Shown here in pieces: positions 1 through 17,718 of a DNA stretch of 64,000 nt. Under the pieces are notes generated by a model that ran no database searches, was not told the origin of the DNA, and was given only the letters and a program-made list of their open reading frames with translations. Each line of letters starts with the position of its first letter. Within the stretch, counting starts at the first letter, position 1. The translations under genes were made by a program, and so were the position numbers. The stretch lies in the NCBI RefSeq assembly GCF_058153355.1, contig NZ_CM177019.1; one strand, given 5' to 3'.

Positions 1-78
1 TAAAATTATGACTGTTTTGCGGTACGCTATCGCCGGGTTATGCCAGAATCATAAAAAAGCAGGTTGGGAGTCGTCAGG

Positions 79-2603
<2,525 letters not shown>

Positions 2604-2782
2604 TTACCAGGATGATTCTCAAAACAGCACAAATTATCAAAGATGATTTTTTCGGGAGCGATCCCGTTGACGCCAGAGCCACCAAGGGGTGACGCGCGTC
2701 ACATTTCTATTCATAAGTAGCGTTAATCATTCATATCACGAATATTTTCTTGTCAGCGAAAAAAATTGCGGATAAGGTGATG

Positions 2783-2870
2783 AACACATCAGATTTCCTG
2801 GTGTAACGAATTTTTTAAGTGCTTCTTGCTTAAGCAAGTTTAATCCCGACCCCCTCAGGGTCGGGATTTT
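2783..2870 (+). ncRNA. dsrA: DsrA small regulatory RNA (anti-H-NS, rpoS translational activator) with its own terminator hairpin
   Basis: Sequence aacacatcagatttcctggtgtaacgaattttttaagtgcttcttgcttaagcaagttt...cccgaccccctcagggtcgggattttttt matches the recalled DsrA sequence, including the GC hairpin plus U-run; located between yedP and yodD as in K-12. Confidence 0.85.
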
Positions 2871-2882
2871 TTTATTGTGCAT

Positions 2883-3110
2883 TCAACGATTCACTTCAGA
2901 GACGCTGAAGTCATGAATATCCAGTTCGAAGGCATCCGCCAATTCACGCCATGTATGATATTCACGTCCATCGACACTAACGTGTTCAGGATCGTGCTGG
3001 CTGCGATGAACTTCGCTTTCGCTAATTTCATTGATCGCCGCCAGCAGGGCATCGACATCGACACTGACCTCACGTTTTGCGGTATCGCTGTACTCTTTTG
3101 CGGTTTTCAT
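2883..3110 (-). CDS. yodD: Small stress-induced protein YodD (75 aa from MKTAKEYSDTAK)
   Basis: ORF 2883..3125 with internal Met giving a 75-aa product; synteny. Confidence 0.7.
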   Translation of the reverse strand: MKTAKEYSDTAKREVSVDVDALLAAINEISESEVHRSQHDPEHVSVDGREYHTWRELADAFELDIHDFSVSEVNR

Positions 3111-3181
3111 CATATTTCCTCGCAACCGTTACTCTGTTGTTGCCGCCAGTCGTTAAGTCCGCTGGCATCTCTTAAGTATAG

Positions 3182-3460
<279 letters not shown>

Positions 3461-3503
3461 TCTAATTCAGCCTGACTGGTGGGAAACCACCAGTCAGAAT
3501 GTG

Positions 3504-4127
3504 TTAGCGCATGTTGACAAAAATACCATTAGTCACATTATCCGTCAGTCGGACGACATGGTAGATAACCTGTTTATTATGCGTTTTGATCTTTCGTTTA
3601 ATATTACCTTTATGCGATGAAACGGTCTTGGCTTTGATATTCATTTGGTCGGAGATTTGAATGGTTCCCTGACCTGCCATCCACATTCGCAACATACTCG
3701 ATTCGGTTCGGCTCAATGATAACGTCGGCATATTTAAAAACGAGGTTATCGTTGTCTCTTTTTTCAGAATATCGCCAAGGATATCGTCGAGAGATTCCGG
3801 TTTAATCGATTTAGAACTGATCAATAAATTTTTTCTGACCAACAGATATTCATCAAAATGAACATTGGCAATTGCCATAAAAACGATAAATAACGTATTG
3901 GGATGTTGATTAATGATGAGCTTGATACGCTGACTGTTAGAAGCATCGTGGATGAAACAGTCCTCATTAATAAACACCACTGAAGGGCGCTGTGAATCAC
4001 AAGCTATGGCAAGGTCATCAACGGTTTCAATGTCGTTGATTTCTCTTTTTTTAACCCCTCTGCTCAACAGATACCCGGTTAAACCTAGTCGGGTGTAACT
4101 ACATAAATCCATAATAATCGTTGACAT
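3504..4127 (-). CDS. rcsA: RcsA, LuxR-type auxiliary regulator of capsule synthesis
   Basis: 207-aa ORF; C-terminal LuxR-type HTH; length and position match RcsA. Confidence 0.9.
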
Positions 4128-4380
4128 GGCATACCCTCACTCAATGCGTAACGATAATTCCCCTTACCTGAATATTTCATCATGACTAAACGGAACAACA
4201 TGGGTCACCTAATGCGCCACTCTCGCGATTTTTCAGGCGGACTTACTATCCCGTAAAGTGTTGTATAATTTGCCTGGAATTGTCTTAAAGTAAAGTAAAT
4301 GTTGCGATATGTGAGTGAGGTTAAAACAAATATTTCGCCACAGGAGTATCCTGGAAGATGTTCGTGGGTATTATTTTTCA

Positions 4381-4391
4381 GATAATCCTTA
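4381..4391 (-). promoter_or_regulatory. Candidate RcsAB box upstream of rcsA
   Basis: Minus-strand sequence TAAGGATTATC resembles the RcsAB box consensus; position upstream of rcsA. Confidence 0.3.
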
Positions 4392-4416
4392 GGATAACAA
4401 GATAAACATTAGGGAA

Positions 4417-5202
4417 TCATATTACAGGTAATTCGCTGATAATATCTGCCAGCAAATTAAAAATTTCACTGAATAAATGTTCGCAAAAAGGAGCAATTAA
4501 CGGCATTAATGCCGCCATTAATGAGATACCGACAGTCAGAGTTAATGGAAATCCAATAACAAAAATGGATAATTGCGGGGCCATACGATTCAGTAAACCT
4601 AATGCCAGATTCAGTGTCAGCAGCAGAGTAATGAGCGGTAACGCCAGCATCAGTCCATTGAGGAAAATCATACTCCCTGCTTTGGTGAGTGCCAGAAACG
4701 CATTGCTATTCAACGGCTCGCCACCAATAGGCAGGGTGTGAAAGGTATCCACCAGCAGTGAAATCAGCCATAAATGACCGTTAAATGTCAGGAACAGCAG
4801 TAACGCCAGCATATCCATGATGCGCGCTAAAACGGGCATATTGAGATGGCTGCCCGGATCGACAAACGTTGCAAATGACAGTCCCATTTGCAGACCGATA
4901 ATTTCGCCAGCGGTTCGCACAGCGGCAAAAGCAAACTGCATGGTAAAACCAAGCGCAATGCCGATCAGGATCTGCTGCACGGCCAGCCACAGAGCAAAGA
5001 ACGAAAAAACAGGAACATCGTTGGCAGGTAATGATGGGGCAATGGCGAACGTGATCATCAATGCGATACCCAGTTTGACCCGTTTCGGCACGCTACGTTC
5101 GCTCAGAATTGGCGCGGTAGAAATGAGCGCCAGCACGCGCAGTAACGGCCAGAAGTACAGGCTCAACCAGGAAAGCCATTGATCGCTTGTCACCTGCAAC
5201 AT
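4417..5202 (-). CDS. fliR: Flagellar export apparatus protein FliR
   Basis: 261-aa polytopic membrane protein at the end of the fliL operon. Confidence 0.93.
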   Translation of the reverse strand: MLQVTSDQWLSWLSLYFWPLLRVLALISTAPILSERSVPKRVKLGIALMITFAIAPSLPANDVPVFSFFALWLAVQQILIGIALGFTMQFAFAAVRTAGEIIGLQMGLSFATFVDPGSHLNMPVLARIMDMLALLLFLTFNGHLWLISLLVDTFHTLPIGGEPLNSNAFLALTKAGSMIFLNGLMLALPLITLLLTLNLALGLLNRMAPQLSIFVIGFPLTLTVGISLMAALMPLIAPFCEHLFSEIFNLLADIISELPVI

Positions 5203-5210
5203 TATACGGG

Positions 5211-5480
5211 CTACCCGATGATATACGGCAGGTTAGTGAACAAGGTACGGACGTAATCCAGCAACAGATTGAGCATCCACGGTCCGGCAATAATAATGGC
5301 GATAAATACGGCGATGATTTTCGGAATAAACGACAGCGTCATTTCATTAATCTGCGTGGCGGCCTGCAAAATACTGATGATAAGGCCCGTGACCAACGCC
5401 ACCAGCAATAGCGGGGCAGCCAGTGCCAGCGCGACTTTCATCGCTTCAGTCCCCATCATCATGACCGATTCAGGTGTCAT
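5211..5480 (-). CDS. fliQ: Flagellar export apparatus protein FliQ
   Basis: 89-aa hydrophobic ORF; operon position. Confidence 0.93.
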   Translation of the reverse strand: MTPESVMMMGTEAMKVALALAAPLLLVALVTGLIISILQAATQINEMTLSFIPKIIAVFIAIIIAGPWMLNLLLDYVRTLFTNLPYIIG

Positions 5481-5489
5481 TTTGCCTCT

Positions 5490-6227
5490 CTAGCTGTAAA
5501 AGCTCTGCGCCAGCGAACCGACCAGCAATTGCCAGCCATCCACCAGTACAAACAGCATCAGTTTAAAGGGCAGAGCAATGGTGGCCGGGGGCACCATCAT
5601 CATCCCCAATGCCATCAGTACGCTGGCAATCACCAGGTCGATAATCAAAAAAGGAATGAAAATCGTGAAGCCTATCTGAAATGCGGTTTTCAGCTCGCTG
5701 GTCACGTAGGCCGGGAGTAAAATGCGCATTGGCACGGCTTCAGGTCCCTGCAACGGGCCGGTATTCGCCAGTCTGGCAAACAACCCTAAATCTGCCTCGC
5801 GGGTCTGACGCAGCATAAACTCACGCAGCGGCTGCGCCCCTTTTTCCAGCGCCTCCTGCATTGAGATTTTCTCTTCGCTGAACGGCTGGTATGCATCGAC
5901 ATAAATTTTGTCGATCACCGGCGACATTATAAAAAAGGTCAAAAACAGTGCCAGCCCCAGCAATACCTGGTTGGGTGGTGCGGAGGGCGTGCCCAGCGCG
6001 TTTCGCAATAATCCAAAAACAATGATGATACGGGTGAAACTGGTCATCATCAGTAAAATCGCTGGAATAAACGTCAACGAGGTGATGAACACCAGCGTCT
6101 GCACCGGGAGGGACCAACTTTGTCCTCCGCCAGGCAGCGGCTGACTGGTGATACCCGGCAGTTGTGCGAAGGCGACGGGTGTAACCAGCCAGAGAAGAAC
6201 AGGTGCGACAGACAACAAACGACGCAT
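5490..6227 (-). CDS. fliP: Flagellar export apparatus protein FliP
   Basis: 245-aa ORF with signal peptide and conserved membrane segments. Confidence 0.93.
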   Translation of the reverse strand: MRRLLSVAPVLLWLVTPVAFAQLPGITSQPLPGGGQSWSLPVQTLVFITSLTFIPAILLMMTSFTRIIIVFGLLRNALGTPSAPPNQVLLGLALFLTFFIMSPVIDKIYVDAYQPFSEEKISMQEALEKGAQPLREFMLRQTREADLGLFARLANTGPLQGPEAVPMRILLPAYVTSELKTAFQIGFTIFIPFLIIDLVIASVLMALGMMMVPPATIALPFKLMLFVLVDGWQLLVGSLAQSFYS

Positions 6228-6592
6228 CAGGATCTCCCGCTACGCTTAAGCAAGTTTTTCATGACCGACTGAAAATCGGTCTGTGGTATCTCTTCCGTTG
6301 GCGCAGAAGGGGGAAGTTTATGCAGCAGATTGATTTGCCCTGCGGTAACGCCGAGCACCAGCCGTGCATCTTCCACATCGACCACCACGACCCTTTCACG
6401 GGCGCCCAGCGAAGCACTGGCGCTAATTTTCAGACCGTTAACGCCAGTTCGTTTGGGGGCAAATCCCAGCCGTTTTACCAGCCAGGCAGCAGCGAGGATC
6501 AGGGCAATAATGGCGATCAGTGCGCCGCTCACCTGCAGCAGCGGTGCAGCAGAAACCGGCGCGGACGGTTGCACAGTAGCGTGGTTATTCAT
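6227..6592 (-). CDS. fliO: Flagellar protein FliO
   Basis: 121-aa ORF between fliN and fliP. Confidence 0.85.
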   Translation of the reverse strand: MNNHATVQPSAPVSAAPLLQVSGALIAIIALILAAAWLVKRLGFAPKRTGVNGLKISASASLGARERVVVVDVEDARLVLGVTAGQINLLHKLPPSAPTEEIPQTDFQSVMKNLLKRSGRS

Positions 6593-6594
6593 CG

Positions 6595-7008
6595 CTAACG
6601 GCTCAGGCGGCGCATTCGCTCAGACGGAGTAATGATATCGGTGATCCGCACGCCATATTTATCGGCAACGACCACCACTTCGCCCTGGGCGATTAAATAA
6701 CCGTTGATCAGAATATCCAGCGGTTCGCCTGCCAGGCCGTCCAGCGCTACGACTGACCCTTGTGTCAGGCGCAACAGCTCTTTGATGGTCATCCGCGTGC
6801 GGCCCAGTTCGACGGTCAGCTTAACCGGAATATCCATAATCAGGTCGATATCCTGCAACGTTCCGCTGACATCACCGCCGCCAAATTGCTGGAATACCGC
6901 GTCTGCAGCGCTTTTACTGCTGGTTGATTTTTGTTCGCTCAACGCTTCAGCCCACAGATCGTCCATTGCGCCGTTGTTATCATCGGCCGGATTATTCAAG
7001 TCACTCAT
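6595..7008 (-). CDS. fliN: Flagellar motor switch protein FliN
   Basis: 137-aa ORF; operon position. Confidence 0.93.
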   Translation of the reverse strand: MSDLNNPADDNNGAMDDLWAEALSEQKSTSSKSAADAVFQQFGGGDVSGTLQDIDLIMDIPVKLTVELGRTRMTIKELLRLTQGSVVALDGLAGEPLDILINGYLIAQGEVVVVADKYGVRITDIITPSERMRRLSR

Positions 7009-8009
7009 TTGGGCTGTTCCTCGTTCAGAGAATTCAAAATCGGGTTAATCAAATGTTCAATCCGTAACGCATACTGGCCGTTGAGGGTGCCGTACTGGCT
7101 GGTCAGCACCGGAACGCCGTCAACATGGGCGATGATGCGATCGGGTTTTTCTATCGGCAGGACGTCGCCGGGTTTCAGTTTTAAAATCTGCGACAGACGC
7201 AGCGATATATCGGCAAAGTTAGCGACCAGCTCCAGCTGTGAGTGCTGCACCTGACGCACCAGGTTATCGCGCCAGTTCTGATCTTCATTTCGTGAGTTTT
7301 CCAGCGGCGGGTTAACCAACAATTCCCGTAGCGGCTCGATCATGCTGAATGGCAGGCAGATATTAAATTCGCCGGTCAGGTTGCCAATCTCCACATGGAA
7401 CGGTGTGTTAACCACGATGTCGTTCGGCGAGGTGGTGATATTGGTAAATTTCACCTGCATTTCCGAACGCACGTACTCTACATCCAGCGGATTAATTGCC
7501 TTCCAGGCGTCGCTATAGCCTTCCAGCGCCAGCTTCAACATACGGTTGATGACGCGCTGTTCAGTATGGGTAAACTCGCGACCTTCCACTTTGGTTGGGA
7601 AGCGTCCATCGCCGCCAAACAGGTTATCCACGGCGATAAACACCAGACTCGGCGAGAACACCACCAGCCCTGTGCCGCGTAGCGGTTTCAGGTGGATTAG
7701 GTTCAGGTTGGTCGGCACCGGCAGGTTGCGGGCAAATTCATGGTACGGCTGAATGCGGATGGCCCCGACGGTAATGTCCGGGCTACGGCGCAATAGGTTG
7801 AACAGCCCCATACGGAAATGGCGGGCAAAACGCTCATTAATGATTTCCAGCGCCTGCAAACGTTCGCGTACAACCCGTCGTTGGGTATTCGGATCGTACG
7901 GACGAATGTCACTATCGCCGCTAACACTGGCCGTCGGTTCGTCTTTGACTTCGCTGTCACCATTCAACAGCGCATCAATTTCAGCTTGAGAAAGAATACT
8001 ATCGCCCAT
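7005..8009 (-). CDS. fliM: Flagellar motor switch protein FliM (334 aa from MGDSILSQAEIDALL)
   Basis: ORF 7005..8111 trimmed to the internal Met that gives the canonical 334-aa product. Confidence 0.92.
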   Translation of the reverse strand: MGDSILSQAEIDALLNGDSEVKDEPTASVSGDSDIRPYDPNTQRRVVRERLQALEIINERFARHFRMGLFNLLRRSPDITVGAIRIQPYHEFARNLPVPTNLNLIHLKPLRGTGLVVFSPSLVFIAVDNLFGGDGRFPTKVEGREFTHTEQRVINRMLKLALEGYSDAWKAINPLDVEYVRSEMQVKFTNITTSPNDIVVNTPFHVEIGNLTGEFNICLPFSMIEPLRELLVNPPLENSRNEDQNWRDNLVRQVQHSQLELVANFADISLRLSQILKLKPGDVLPIEKPDRIIAHVDGVPVLTSQYGTLNGQYALRIEHLINPILNSLNEEQPK

Positions 8010-8013
8010 GTCG

Positions 8014-8478
8014 TTATCGCAGAATAAAAGCGGTATACAGCACGTCGGTGACATCCTGTTTCGGTTGCCCGGCAACAAGCGGGGTGGAAAGTGTGGCTTT
8101 AATCTCAGCAATCAGGCTTTTCTTGCCTTCTTCTGTCGCCAGTACGGCAGCATCCTGACGCGAAAACAGTAACAGCAAGCGGCTACGGACTTCCGGCAAA
8201 TACTCACTTAGCCGCGAGCGGGTAGCTTCATCTTTTAGCCGCAGAGTTATGCCGATATAAAGCACGCGATCCGCATCACCCAAATTGACCGTAAAGGTAT
8301 CCAGCGCATAGAAGACCGGGGAGGGCACGACGCGTTGCTGCGCTTTGTCGTCAGCGGCAACCTGATGCGAATGCCAGTAGCTGTAACCTGCGCTGGCACA
8401 GGCCGCGAGGGTAATGAATACCAGAATCGGGATCCAAAGCGATCGCTTGCTTTTCTTGCTTATCGCGTAATCAGTCAT
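8014..8478 (-). CDS. fliL: Flagellar basal body-associated protein FliL
   Basis: 154-aa ORF, first gene of the fliLMNOPQR operon. Confidence 0.92.
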   Translation of the reverse strand: MTDYAISKKSKRSLWIPILVFITLAACASAGYSYWHSHQVAADDKAQQRVVPSPVFYALDTFTVNLGDADRVLYIGITLRLKDEATRSRLSEYLPEVRSRLLLLFSRQDAAVLATEEGKKSLIAEIKATLSTPLVAGQPKQDVTDVLYTAFILR

Positions 8479-8582
8479 GTGTTGCGGTCTTCCTGTGTCG
8501 CTACTGCTTATCGGCTAATTATCCTGCGTCTTGAACGCAACAAAGCGGGGAAAAGACGCGGATTACGGTGCTACCTCTGACG

Positions 8583-9710
8583 TTAGGCGAAAATATCAAC
8601 GCCACTGTTGCCTGTTACGCGCCCTTGTAAAGAGACGGGAACGGGTAGCGCATCGTCGTCTTCACCCGCCAGAGGTTCATGATTTGCTGTGCGCTGGCTT
8701 TGCTGTTGCTGTGAAGCGGCCTGTTGCTGACCACTAAAGCTTTCGCCACTGATGTTGCTTTGCCCTAACTGAATGCCACTTTCTGCCAGCTGCGTACGCA
8801 GTACCGGTAGCGCAGCTTCCAGCGCGGCGCGTACGTGCTGATGCGGTGACACCATCTGGATTTGCGCCTGGCTATCATCCACTTTGAGGGAGATTTGTAC
8901 TTCACCTAAATCCTGCGGGTGCAGACGCAACTCTGCGCTTTGTTGCCCCTGGCGGGTAAACAGCGAAATATGCTGGCTTAATGATTGTTGCCATTCGTGA
9001 GAACCCAGCGGCGCACTCAAAACAGGTGCTGCGACGGTGGGCAGCGGCTGTGTCTGGTGCGGAGTGATGAGCGGGCTGACGGCAGCGGTCACCGGCGAAG
9101 GTGTGCTGATGACTTCCGCTTTACTCTGGGCTTCTGCTACCAGCGGTGTTACTGGCTGAGCTTGCGCGTCGGGGGCGTCATCAGGCTGTGCGGTTGTGAA
9201 TTGCGCAGTAGTCAGTTTTATGTAGAGAGTTGGTTTCTCTGTCGGTAACACGGTTGACGGCGCATCAGCCACTTTGGGCGTATTGTCAAAACCCGGCAAC
9301 ATCGCAAAAAGGGCGCTCAGGCTTGCGGTGACGTCTTCATTAAGCTCATCTGCTTTTTCGTCTTTTGTCGTATTTTTGTCAGCCACCGCAGCCAACGTCA
9401 TCGTCTGAGCGGTGGTTAACGGTGTTGATGTGGATTGTTCGTCGTTGATGACAGGCGGTATTTCATCCTCAGGGATCAGTAAATCCGCTTGTTGCACATC
9501 GGAAAGAATATCGCTAACCAGCGGCTCACCTTTTGTTATGGGTTTATCTGTTGCCACCAGCAACTGAGGGGCTGCTTTGTCGGTTGTTGTTTCACCTGCT
9601 ATTGCTCCACTCAACAATGCGAGAAAATCTTGTGCAGCATCGCTGGCTTTACCGCCGGGCAATATGGCGGTGTCAACGTCAGCGGTAATCACGGGCGCTA
9701 AGCGAATCAT
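8583..9710 (-). CDS. fliK: Flagellar hook-length control protein FliK
   Basis: 375-aa Pro/Gln/Ala-rich ORF; position. Confidence 0.92.
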   Translation of the reverse strand: MIRLAPVITADVDTAILPGGKASDAAQDFLALLSGAIAGETTTDKAAPQLLVATDKPITKGEPLVSDILSDVQQADLLIPEDEIPPVINDEQSTSTPLTTAQTMTLAAVADKNTTKDEKADELNEDVTASLSALFAMLPGFDNTPKVADAPSTVLPTEKPTLYIKLTTAQFTTAQPDDAPDAQAQPVTPLVAEAQSKAEVISTPSPVTAAVSPLITPHQTQPLPTVAAPVLSAPLGSHEWQQSLSQHISLFTRQGQQSAELRLHPQDLGEVQISLKVDDSQAQIQMVSPHQHVRAALEAALPVLRTQLAESGIQLGQSNISGESFSGQQQAASQQQQSQRTANHEPLAGEDDDALPVPVSLQGRVTGNSGVDIFA

Positions 9711-10150
9711 TCGGGTTTCCTCATGGTGGCACGTTGGGCGAACTCATCCATCTTTTTCTGATCGAGACGGTTTTCTGCAAGCAGTGCCGCCGTGGATTGC
9801 CGTTCCTGCAGTGTCTGCCAGGCCTGCAAACGTTGTTTCTTTTCTCGCCAGCTGTTCAGGGCAATGTCAACTTTCTGCGTCCACTGATTAAGTTGCTGGC
9901 GATGCTGAGTAATGGCTTTTTCCAGCGTCTGGATAAACTGCTGATAGTTGATCCAGCGGTTACTGGTCATCCCGGCACTCATATCGCTGTTGAGGTTATT
10001 GCGATATTCATTCTGATAATCGATCAGCATTTTGAGTTGTTCCTCTGCCTGCTGGCATCCGCGACGCATTTCACCCAGCAGGCGCGCGGCATCTTCTACC
10101 TCTTTTTCTGCCAGATCTTTCAGGGTCGCCAGCGCGCCATGTTCTGCCAT
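9707..10150 (-). CDS. fliJ: Flagellar export chaperone-escort protein FliJ
   Basis: 147-aa coiled-coil ORF. Confidence 0.92.
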   Translation of the reverse strand: MAEHGALATLKDLAEKEVEDAARLLGEMRRGCQQAEEQLKMLIDYQNEYRNNLNSDMSAGMTSNRWINYQQFIQTLEKAITQHRQQLNQWTQKVDIALNSWREKKQRLQAWQTLQERQSTAALLAENRLDQKKMDEFAQRATMRKPE

Positions 10151-10171
10151 CTGCCGTTATCTCCTGCGTTT

Positions 10172-11541
10172 TCACACTGTCGGGAATATGCGCTCCAGCC
10201 CCTGGAGAGACTCTTCCCAGTCCGCGCGTTCAAAAATGCCTTGTTGCAAATAGCCCTCCAGCTGCGGCCACAGAGCGATGGCTTTATCGAGCATTGGATC
10301 GCTGCCTTTGGCATACGCGCCGACGCTAACCAGATCGCGGTTACGCTGAAAACTCGACAACAGCTGTTTGAAGGTGCGCACTCGCGCGTAATGTTGCTCG
10401 CTGATCAACGCCGTCATTGCACGGCTGATCGACGCTTCAATATCAATCGCCGGATAGTGTCCGGCTTCCGCCAGACGACGAGAAAGAACAATGTGACCGT
10501 CGAGGATCGCCCGTGCGGAGTCGGCAATCGGGTCCTGCTGGTCATCGCCTTCGGTGAGCACGGTATAAAACGCCGTAATTGAGCCGCCGCCGCTGATACC
10601 GTTACCGGCACGCTCGACCAGCGCCGGTAATTTGGCGAATACCGACGGTGGATAACCTTTGGTGGCAGGCGGTTCGCCAATCGCCAGCGCAATCTCACGC
10701 TGGGCCATCGCGTAGCGGGTGAGGGAGTCCATAATCAGCAACACATGCTGACCACGATCGCGAAAATCTTCGGCAATGCGCGTGGCATAGGCGGCACCTT
10801 GCATTCGCAGGAGCGGAGAAACATCCGCTGGAGCGGCAATCACCACGGAGCGTGCACGCCCTTCGGCACCGAGGATATTCTCAATAAAATCTTTTACTTC
10901 GCGCCCACGTTCACCAATCAAACCCACGACAATGACATCGGCGCGGGTGTAACGTGCCATCATCCCCAGCAGCACACTTTTACCGACACCAGAACCAGCA
11001 AATAGCCCCATACGCTGCCCGCGCCCAACGGTAAGCAGGGCATTGATTGGGCGCACGCCCGTGTCCAGCACATGTTCAATCGGTGTACGTTGCAAAGGGT
11101 TAAAAGGCGGGGTGATCAGCGCACCTGTTTCGGTCGTATCGGGGGAGGGAAGGCCATCAAGCGGTTTACCGCTGCCGTCCAGTACGCGACCTAACAACGC
11201 CGGACCGAGTGGCAACTGCTTGCCGCTTTGCAGCCCTTCAGCCGAAATGTGTTTGGCATAAACGCGCGCGCCGGGCAGGACACCTTCCACTTCTTCCAGC
11301 GGCATTAAAAACAGCCGTTGACCGTTAAAACCAACCACTTCGCTTTCTACTTCATGCGTTTCCGACCCGTTCTGGCGCTCAATCACACAGGTTGCGCCGA
11401 GCGGCAATTGTAATCCGGTAGCCTCCAGCACCAGCCCGGTGGCGCGGGTTAATCGCCCGTAGCGACGTACCGCAGGCAACTGCGCCATTTTGGCTTCGAA
11501 GTTATCCAGCGTGGTTAGCCAGCGAGTCAGGCGCGTGGTCA

Positions 11542-11542
<1 letters not shown>
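10172..11542 (-). CDS. fliI: Flagellum-specific ATPase FliI
   Basis: 456-aa ORF with Walker A GSGVGKS. Confidence 0.95.
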
Positions 11543-14867
<3,325 letters not shown>

Positions 14868-15081
14868 CGCGCACCTCGTGGCTGATTATGGACGGCGTTA
14901 TTGGCAAAGTGGAACAAGACTCACTCCCGGGTCAGCAAACTCGAAAAATTGACGCTCTCATTATTTGTGCTTTCGTTTTTTTCTATCCGCCAATAAACCC
15001 GTTTTTTTGTTGCTATTTAGCGCCTTTGTCTTATTGACTTACTGGTAGGCTTTGCTACCAGAAATTATCCGGGAGATGAAA

Positions 15082-15396
15082 ATGTCAGCGATACAGGGGA
15101 TTGAAGGGGTTATTAGCCAGTTACAGGCTACGGCGATGAGTGCGCGTGCGCAGGAATCACTGCCGCAACCGACCATTAGTTTTGCCGGGCAGCTGCACGC
15201 CGCGCTCGATCGCATAAGCGATACACAAACCGCCGCCCGCACGCAGGCAGAAAAATTCACCCTCGGCGAACCCGGCGTGGCGTTAAACGATGTGATGACC
15301 GATATGCAAAAAGCCTCAGTTTCTATGCAAATGGGGATTCAGGTGCGTAATAAGCTGGTGGCGGCGTATCAGGAAGTGATGAGCATGCAGGTGTAA
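15082..15396 (+). CDS. fliE: Flagellar hook-basal body protein FliE (104 aa from [10 protein letters not shown])
   Basis: ORF 15052..15396 trimmed to the canonical start; divergent from fliF. Confidence 0.9.
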   Translation: MSAIQGIEGVISQLQATAMSARAQESLPQPTISFAGQLHAALDRISDTQTAARTQAEKFTLGEPGVALNDVMTDMQKASVSMQMGIQVRNKLVAAYQEVMSMQV

Positions 15397-15729
15397 GTTG
15401 TGTAACCTGTTGTTGATTACATCCGATCTCACCGCGTGGGGCATGGATGGGGCAAACACACTCAATTTCTGGTTTAAAATGGAAACCTGATTCTGAAAGT
15501 TTTCTGCCATCCACGATCTGTAAACGCGATAACATGTTTTGTCTTCGCTTTGCTCATAGGAAGAGTGAACTCTTTCGTTAGCCTGGGGTTCCTTCTGATC
15601 ATTATTGTTCCTGCCTTTATCTCTTGCCACGCCAGAGCCCCCTGGATACACATACACCAGGATGAAAACGGTGAGTTGTGTTCAAACTGTAGTACAATTC
15701 TCTCCAGTATGAACAGGAAAGAATATGCT

Positions 15730-16062
15730 ATGAACCCTTATATTTATCTTGGTGGCGCAATACTTGCAGAGGTCATTGGTACAACCTTAATGAAGTTTTC
15801 AGAGGGGGTTACACGGTTATGGCCCTCTGTTGGCACAATTATTTGTTATTGTGCCTCATTCTGGTTATTAGCTCAGACGCTGGCTTATATACCTACAGGG
15901 ATTGCTTATGCTATCTGGTCAGGAGTCGGTATCGTTCTGATTAGTTTGCTTTCCTGGGGATTTTTTGGCCAACGGCTGGACCTGCCAGCCATCATAGGCA
16001 TGATGTTGATTTGTGCCGGTGTGTTAGTCATTAACTTGTTGTCACGAAGTGCACCGCATTAA
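15730..16062 (+). CDS. emrE: Small multidrug resistance (SMR) efflux protein EmrE
   Basis: C-terminal 110 aa of ORF 15550..16062 (MNPYIYLGGAILAEVIGTTLMKFSEG...) match recalled EmrE, including the conserved Glu14. Confidence 0.9.
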   Translation: MNPYIYLGGAILAEVIGTTLMKFSEGVTRLWPSVGTIICYCASFWLLAQTLAYIPTGIAYAIWSGVGIVLISLLSWGFFGQRLDLPAIIGMMLICAGVLVINLLSRSAPH

Positions 16063-16230
16063 AAAATAATCATCCTTGAGATAACAAGAATCTGATTTGT
16101 GCATATTATGGCTAATGTTCGGGGCAACTTTATAATTATGATTGCATTTGCGCGATCATTGCGCCTTTTTGCATAATGAGATCAAGGCACATCAAATAAA
16201 ATAACGATAGGTCACAACAAAGAGGTTTTT

Positions 16231-16782
16231 ATGAAAAAACTTATCGTTTCAAGTGTATTGGCATTCATAACATTTTCTGCGCAGGCCGCAGCATTTCAGG
16301 TCACTAGTAATGAAATAAAAACAGGAGAGCAACTTACAACGTCTCATGTATTTTCTGGATTTGGGTGTGAGGGGGGGAATACATCGCCCTCATTAACCTG
16401 GTCTGGTGCTCCTGAAGGCACCAAAAGCTTTGCCGTAACTGTGTATGATCCAGATGCGCCTACAGGCAGTGGATGGTGGCACTGGACTGTTGCTAATATT
16501 CCAGCAACGGTAACATATTTGCCCGCTGATGCAGGAAGACGTGATGGTACAAAACTTCCGACTGGTGCTGTCCAAGGCCGAAATGATTTTGGCTATGCGG
16601 GATTTGGTGGAGCATGTCCTCCCAAAGGAGATAAACCCCATCATTACCAGTTTAAAATATGGGCTCTAAAAACTGATAAGATTCCTGTGGATTCTAATTC
16701 CAGCGGAGCGTTAGTTGGTTATATGCTTAATGCCAATAAAATTGCAACCGCTGAGATAACACCCGTTTATGAGGTAAAGTAG
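16231..16782 (+). CDS. ybcL: YbcL, periplasmic PEBP/RKIP-family (UPF0098) protein; DLP12-prophage-type cargo
   Basis: 183-aa ORF with signal peptide and PEBP motifs (DPDAP, GWWHW, GxHHY); follows emrE as in DLP12. Confidence 0.85.
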   Translation: MKKLIVSSVLAFITFSAQAAAFQVTSNEIKTGEQLTTSHVFSGFGCEGGNTSPSLTWSGAPEGTKSFAVTVYDPDAPTGSGWWHWTVANIPATVTYLPADAGRRDGTKLPTGAVQGRNDFGYAGFGGACPPKGDKPHHYQFKIWALKTDKIPVDSNSSGALVGYMLNANKIATAEITPVYEVK

Positions 16783-16791
16783 GATAAGAGT

Positions 16792-17589
16792 ATGCTGGCA
16801 AAAGATAGGACTAACCTAAAGATTGAAGAAATACGGATGCATAAACATCATGAGATTCACAGGGTTAAGCCTCTTATGCCAGCTTTATGTCGTATCCGTC
16901 AGGGAAAAAAAGTTATCAATTGGGAGACGCATAGTCTAACTGTTGATAATAATCAGATAATATTATTTCCCTGTGGATATGAATTTTATATTGCGAATTA
17001 CCCAGAAGCAGGTCTTTATCTTGCAGAAATGCTTTATTATCCCATTGATCTAATTGAAAAGTTCCAAAATCTTTATGCGATAACCGATCAAATTCGTAAC
17101 ACGACAGGTTTCTGCTTACCTCAGAATCCCGAGTTAATATATTGTTGGGAGCAACTAAAAACATCTGTTTCCCGAGGCTTCTCAACGCAAATTCAGGAAC
17201 ACTTAGCAATGGGCGTTCTACTTTCATTAGGAGCACATCATGTTAATTGTTTACTTTTATCAGATAGTAAACAATCATTAATAAGTCGTTGTTATAACCT
17301 AATGCTATCCGAACCTGGAACAAAATGGACAGCAAACAGGGTAGCGAGATATCTCTACATTTCTGTTTCCACATTGCATCGCCGTCTGGCAAGCGAGGGA
17401 GTAAGTTTTCAAAGTATATTGGACGACGTGAGGTTAAATAATGCGTTGTCTGCTATACAAACGACAGTAAAACCCATCAGCGAGATTGCCAGGGAAAATG
17501 GTTACAAGTGTCCTTCTCGTTTTACTGAAAGGTTCCATAATCGTTTTAAGATAACACCAAGAGAGCTAAGAAAAGCGTCCAGAGAGTAA
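16792..17589 (+). CDS. ybcM: AraC-family transcriptional regulator YbcM
   Basis: 265-aa ORF with C-terminal AraC-type HTH; order matches DLP12 ybcL-ybcM. Confidence 0.8.
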   Translation: MLAKDRTNLKIEEIRMHKHHEIHRVKPLMPALCRIRQGKKVINWETHSLTVDNNQIILFPCGYEFYIANYPEAGLYLAEMLYYPIDLIEKFQNLYAITDQIRNTTGFCLPQNPELIYCWEQLKTSVSRGFSTQIQEHLAMGVLLSLGAHHVNCLLLSDSKQSLISRCYNLMLSEPGTKWTANRVARYLYISVSTLHRRLASEGVSFQSILDDVRLNNALSAIQTTVKPISEIARENGYKCPSRFTERFHNRFKITPRELRKASRE

Positions 17590-17598
17590 AAGTATTTT

Positions 17599-17718
17599 AT
17601 GAAGGAGCAACAGCATCGATTTTTATTTTGGAAAATCAATACGGCATACTCAACCTATTGGAGCCTGAACAATCCGGTGACTTCTGCGCTAATCGGGGAC
17701 GTTTATAAGCACATATAA
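17599..17718 (+). CDS. Candidate small ORF (39 aa, MKEQQHRFLFWKINTAYSTYWSLNNPVTSALIGDVYKHI), possibly ylcH-like
   Basis: Short ORF immediately after ybcM, where DLP12 carries ylcH; no convincing ribosome-binding site. Confidence 0.25.
   Translation: MKEQQHRFLFWKINTAYSTYWSLNNPVTSALIGDVYKHI

Noticed and set aside
2891-3073. 60-aa minus-strand ORF overlapping yodD in another frame
   Set aside because: Alternative frame of the yodD locus. The yodD frame gives the recognisable MKTAKEYSDTAKREVS... product; I considered yodC, but by K-12 gene order that gene lies outside this window.
7005-8111. ORF-track N-terminal extensions (fliM 368 aa, fliH 235 aa, cheA 672 aa, tar 578 aa, dcyD 360 aa, sdiA 244 aa and others)
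   Set aside because: The longest-ORF calls run upstream of the canonical starts. Starts were reset to internal Met/GTG codons that reproduce the known protein lengths and N-termini.
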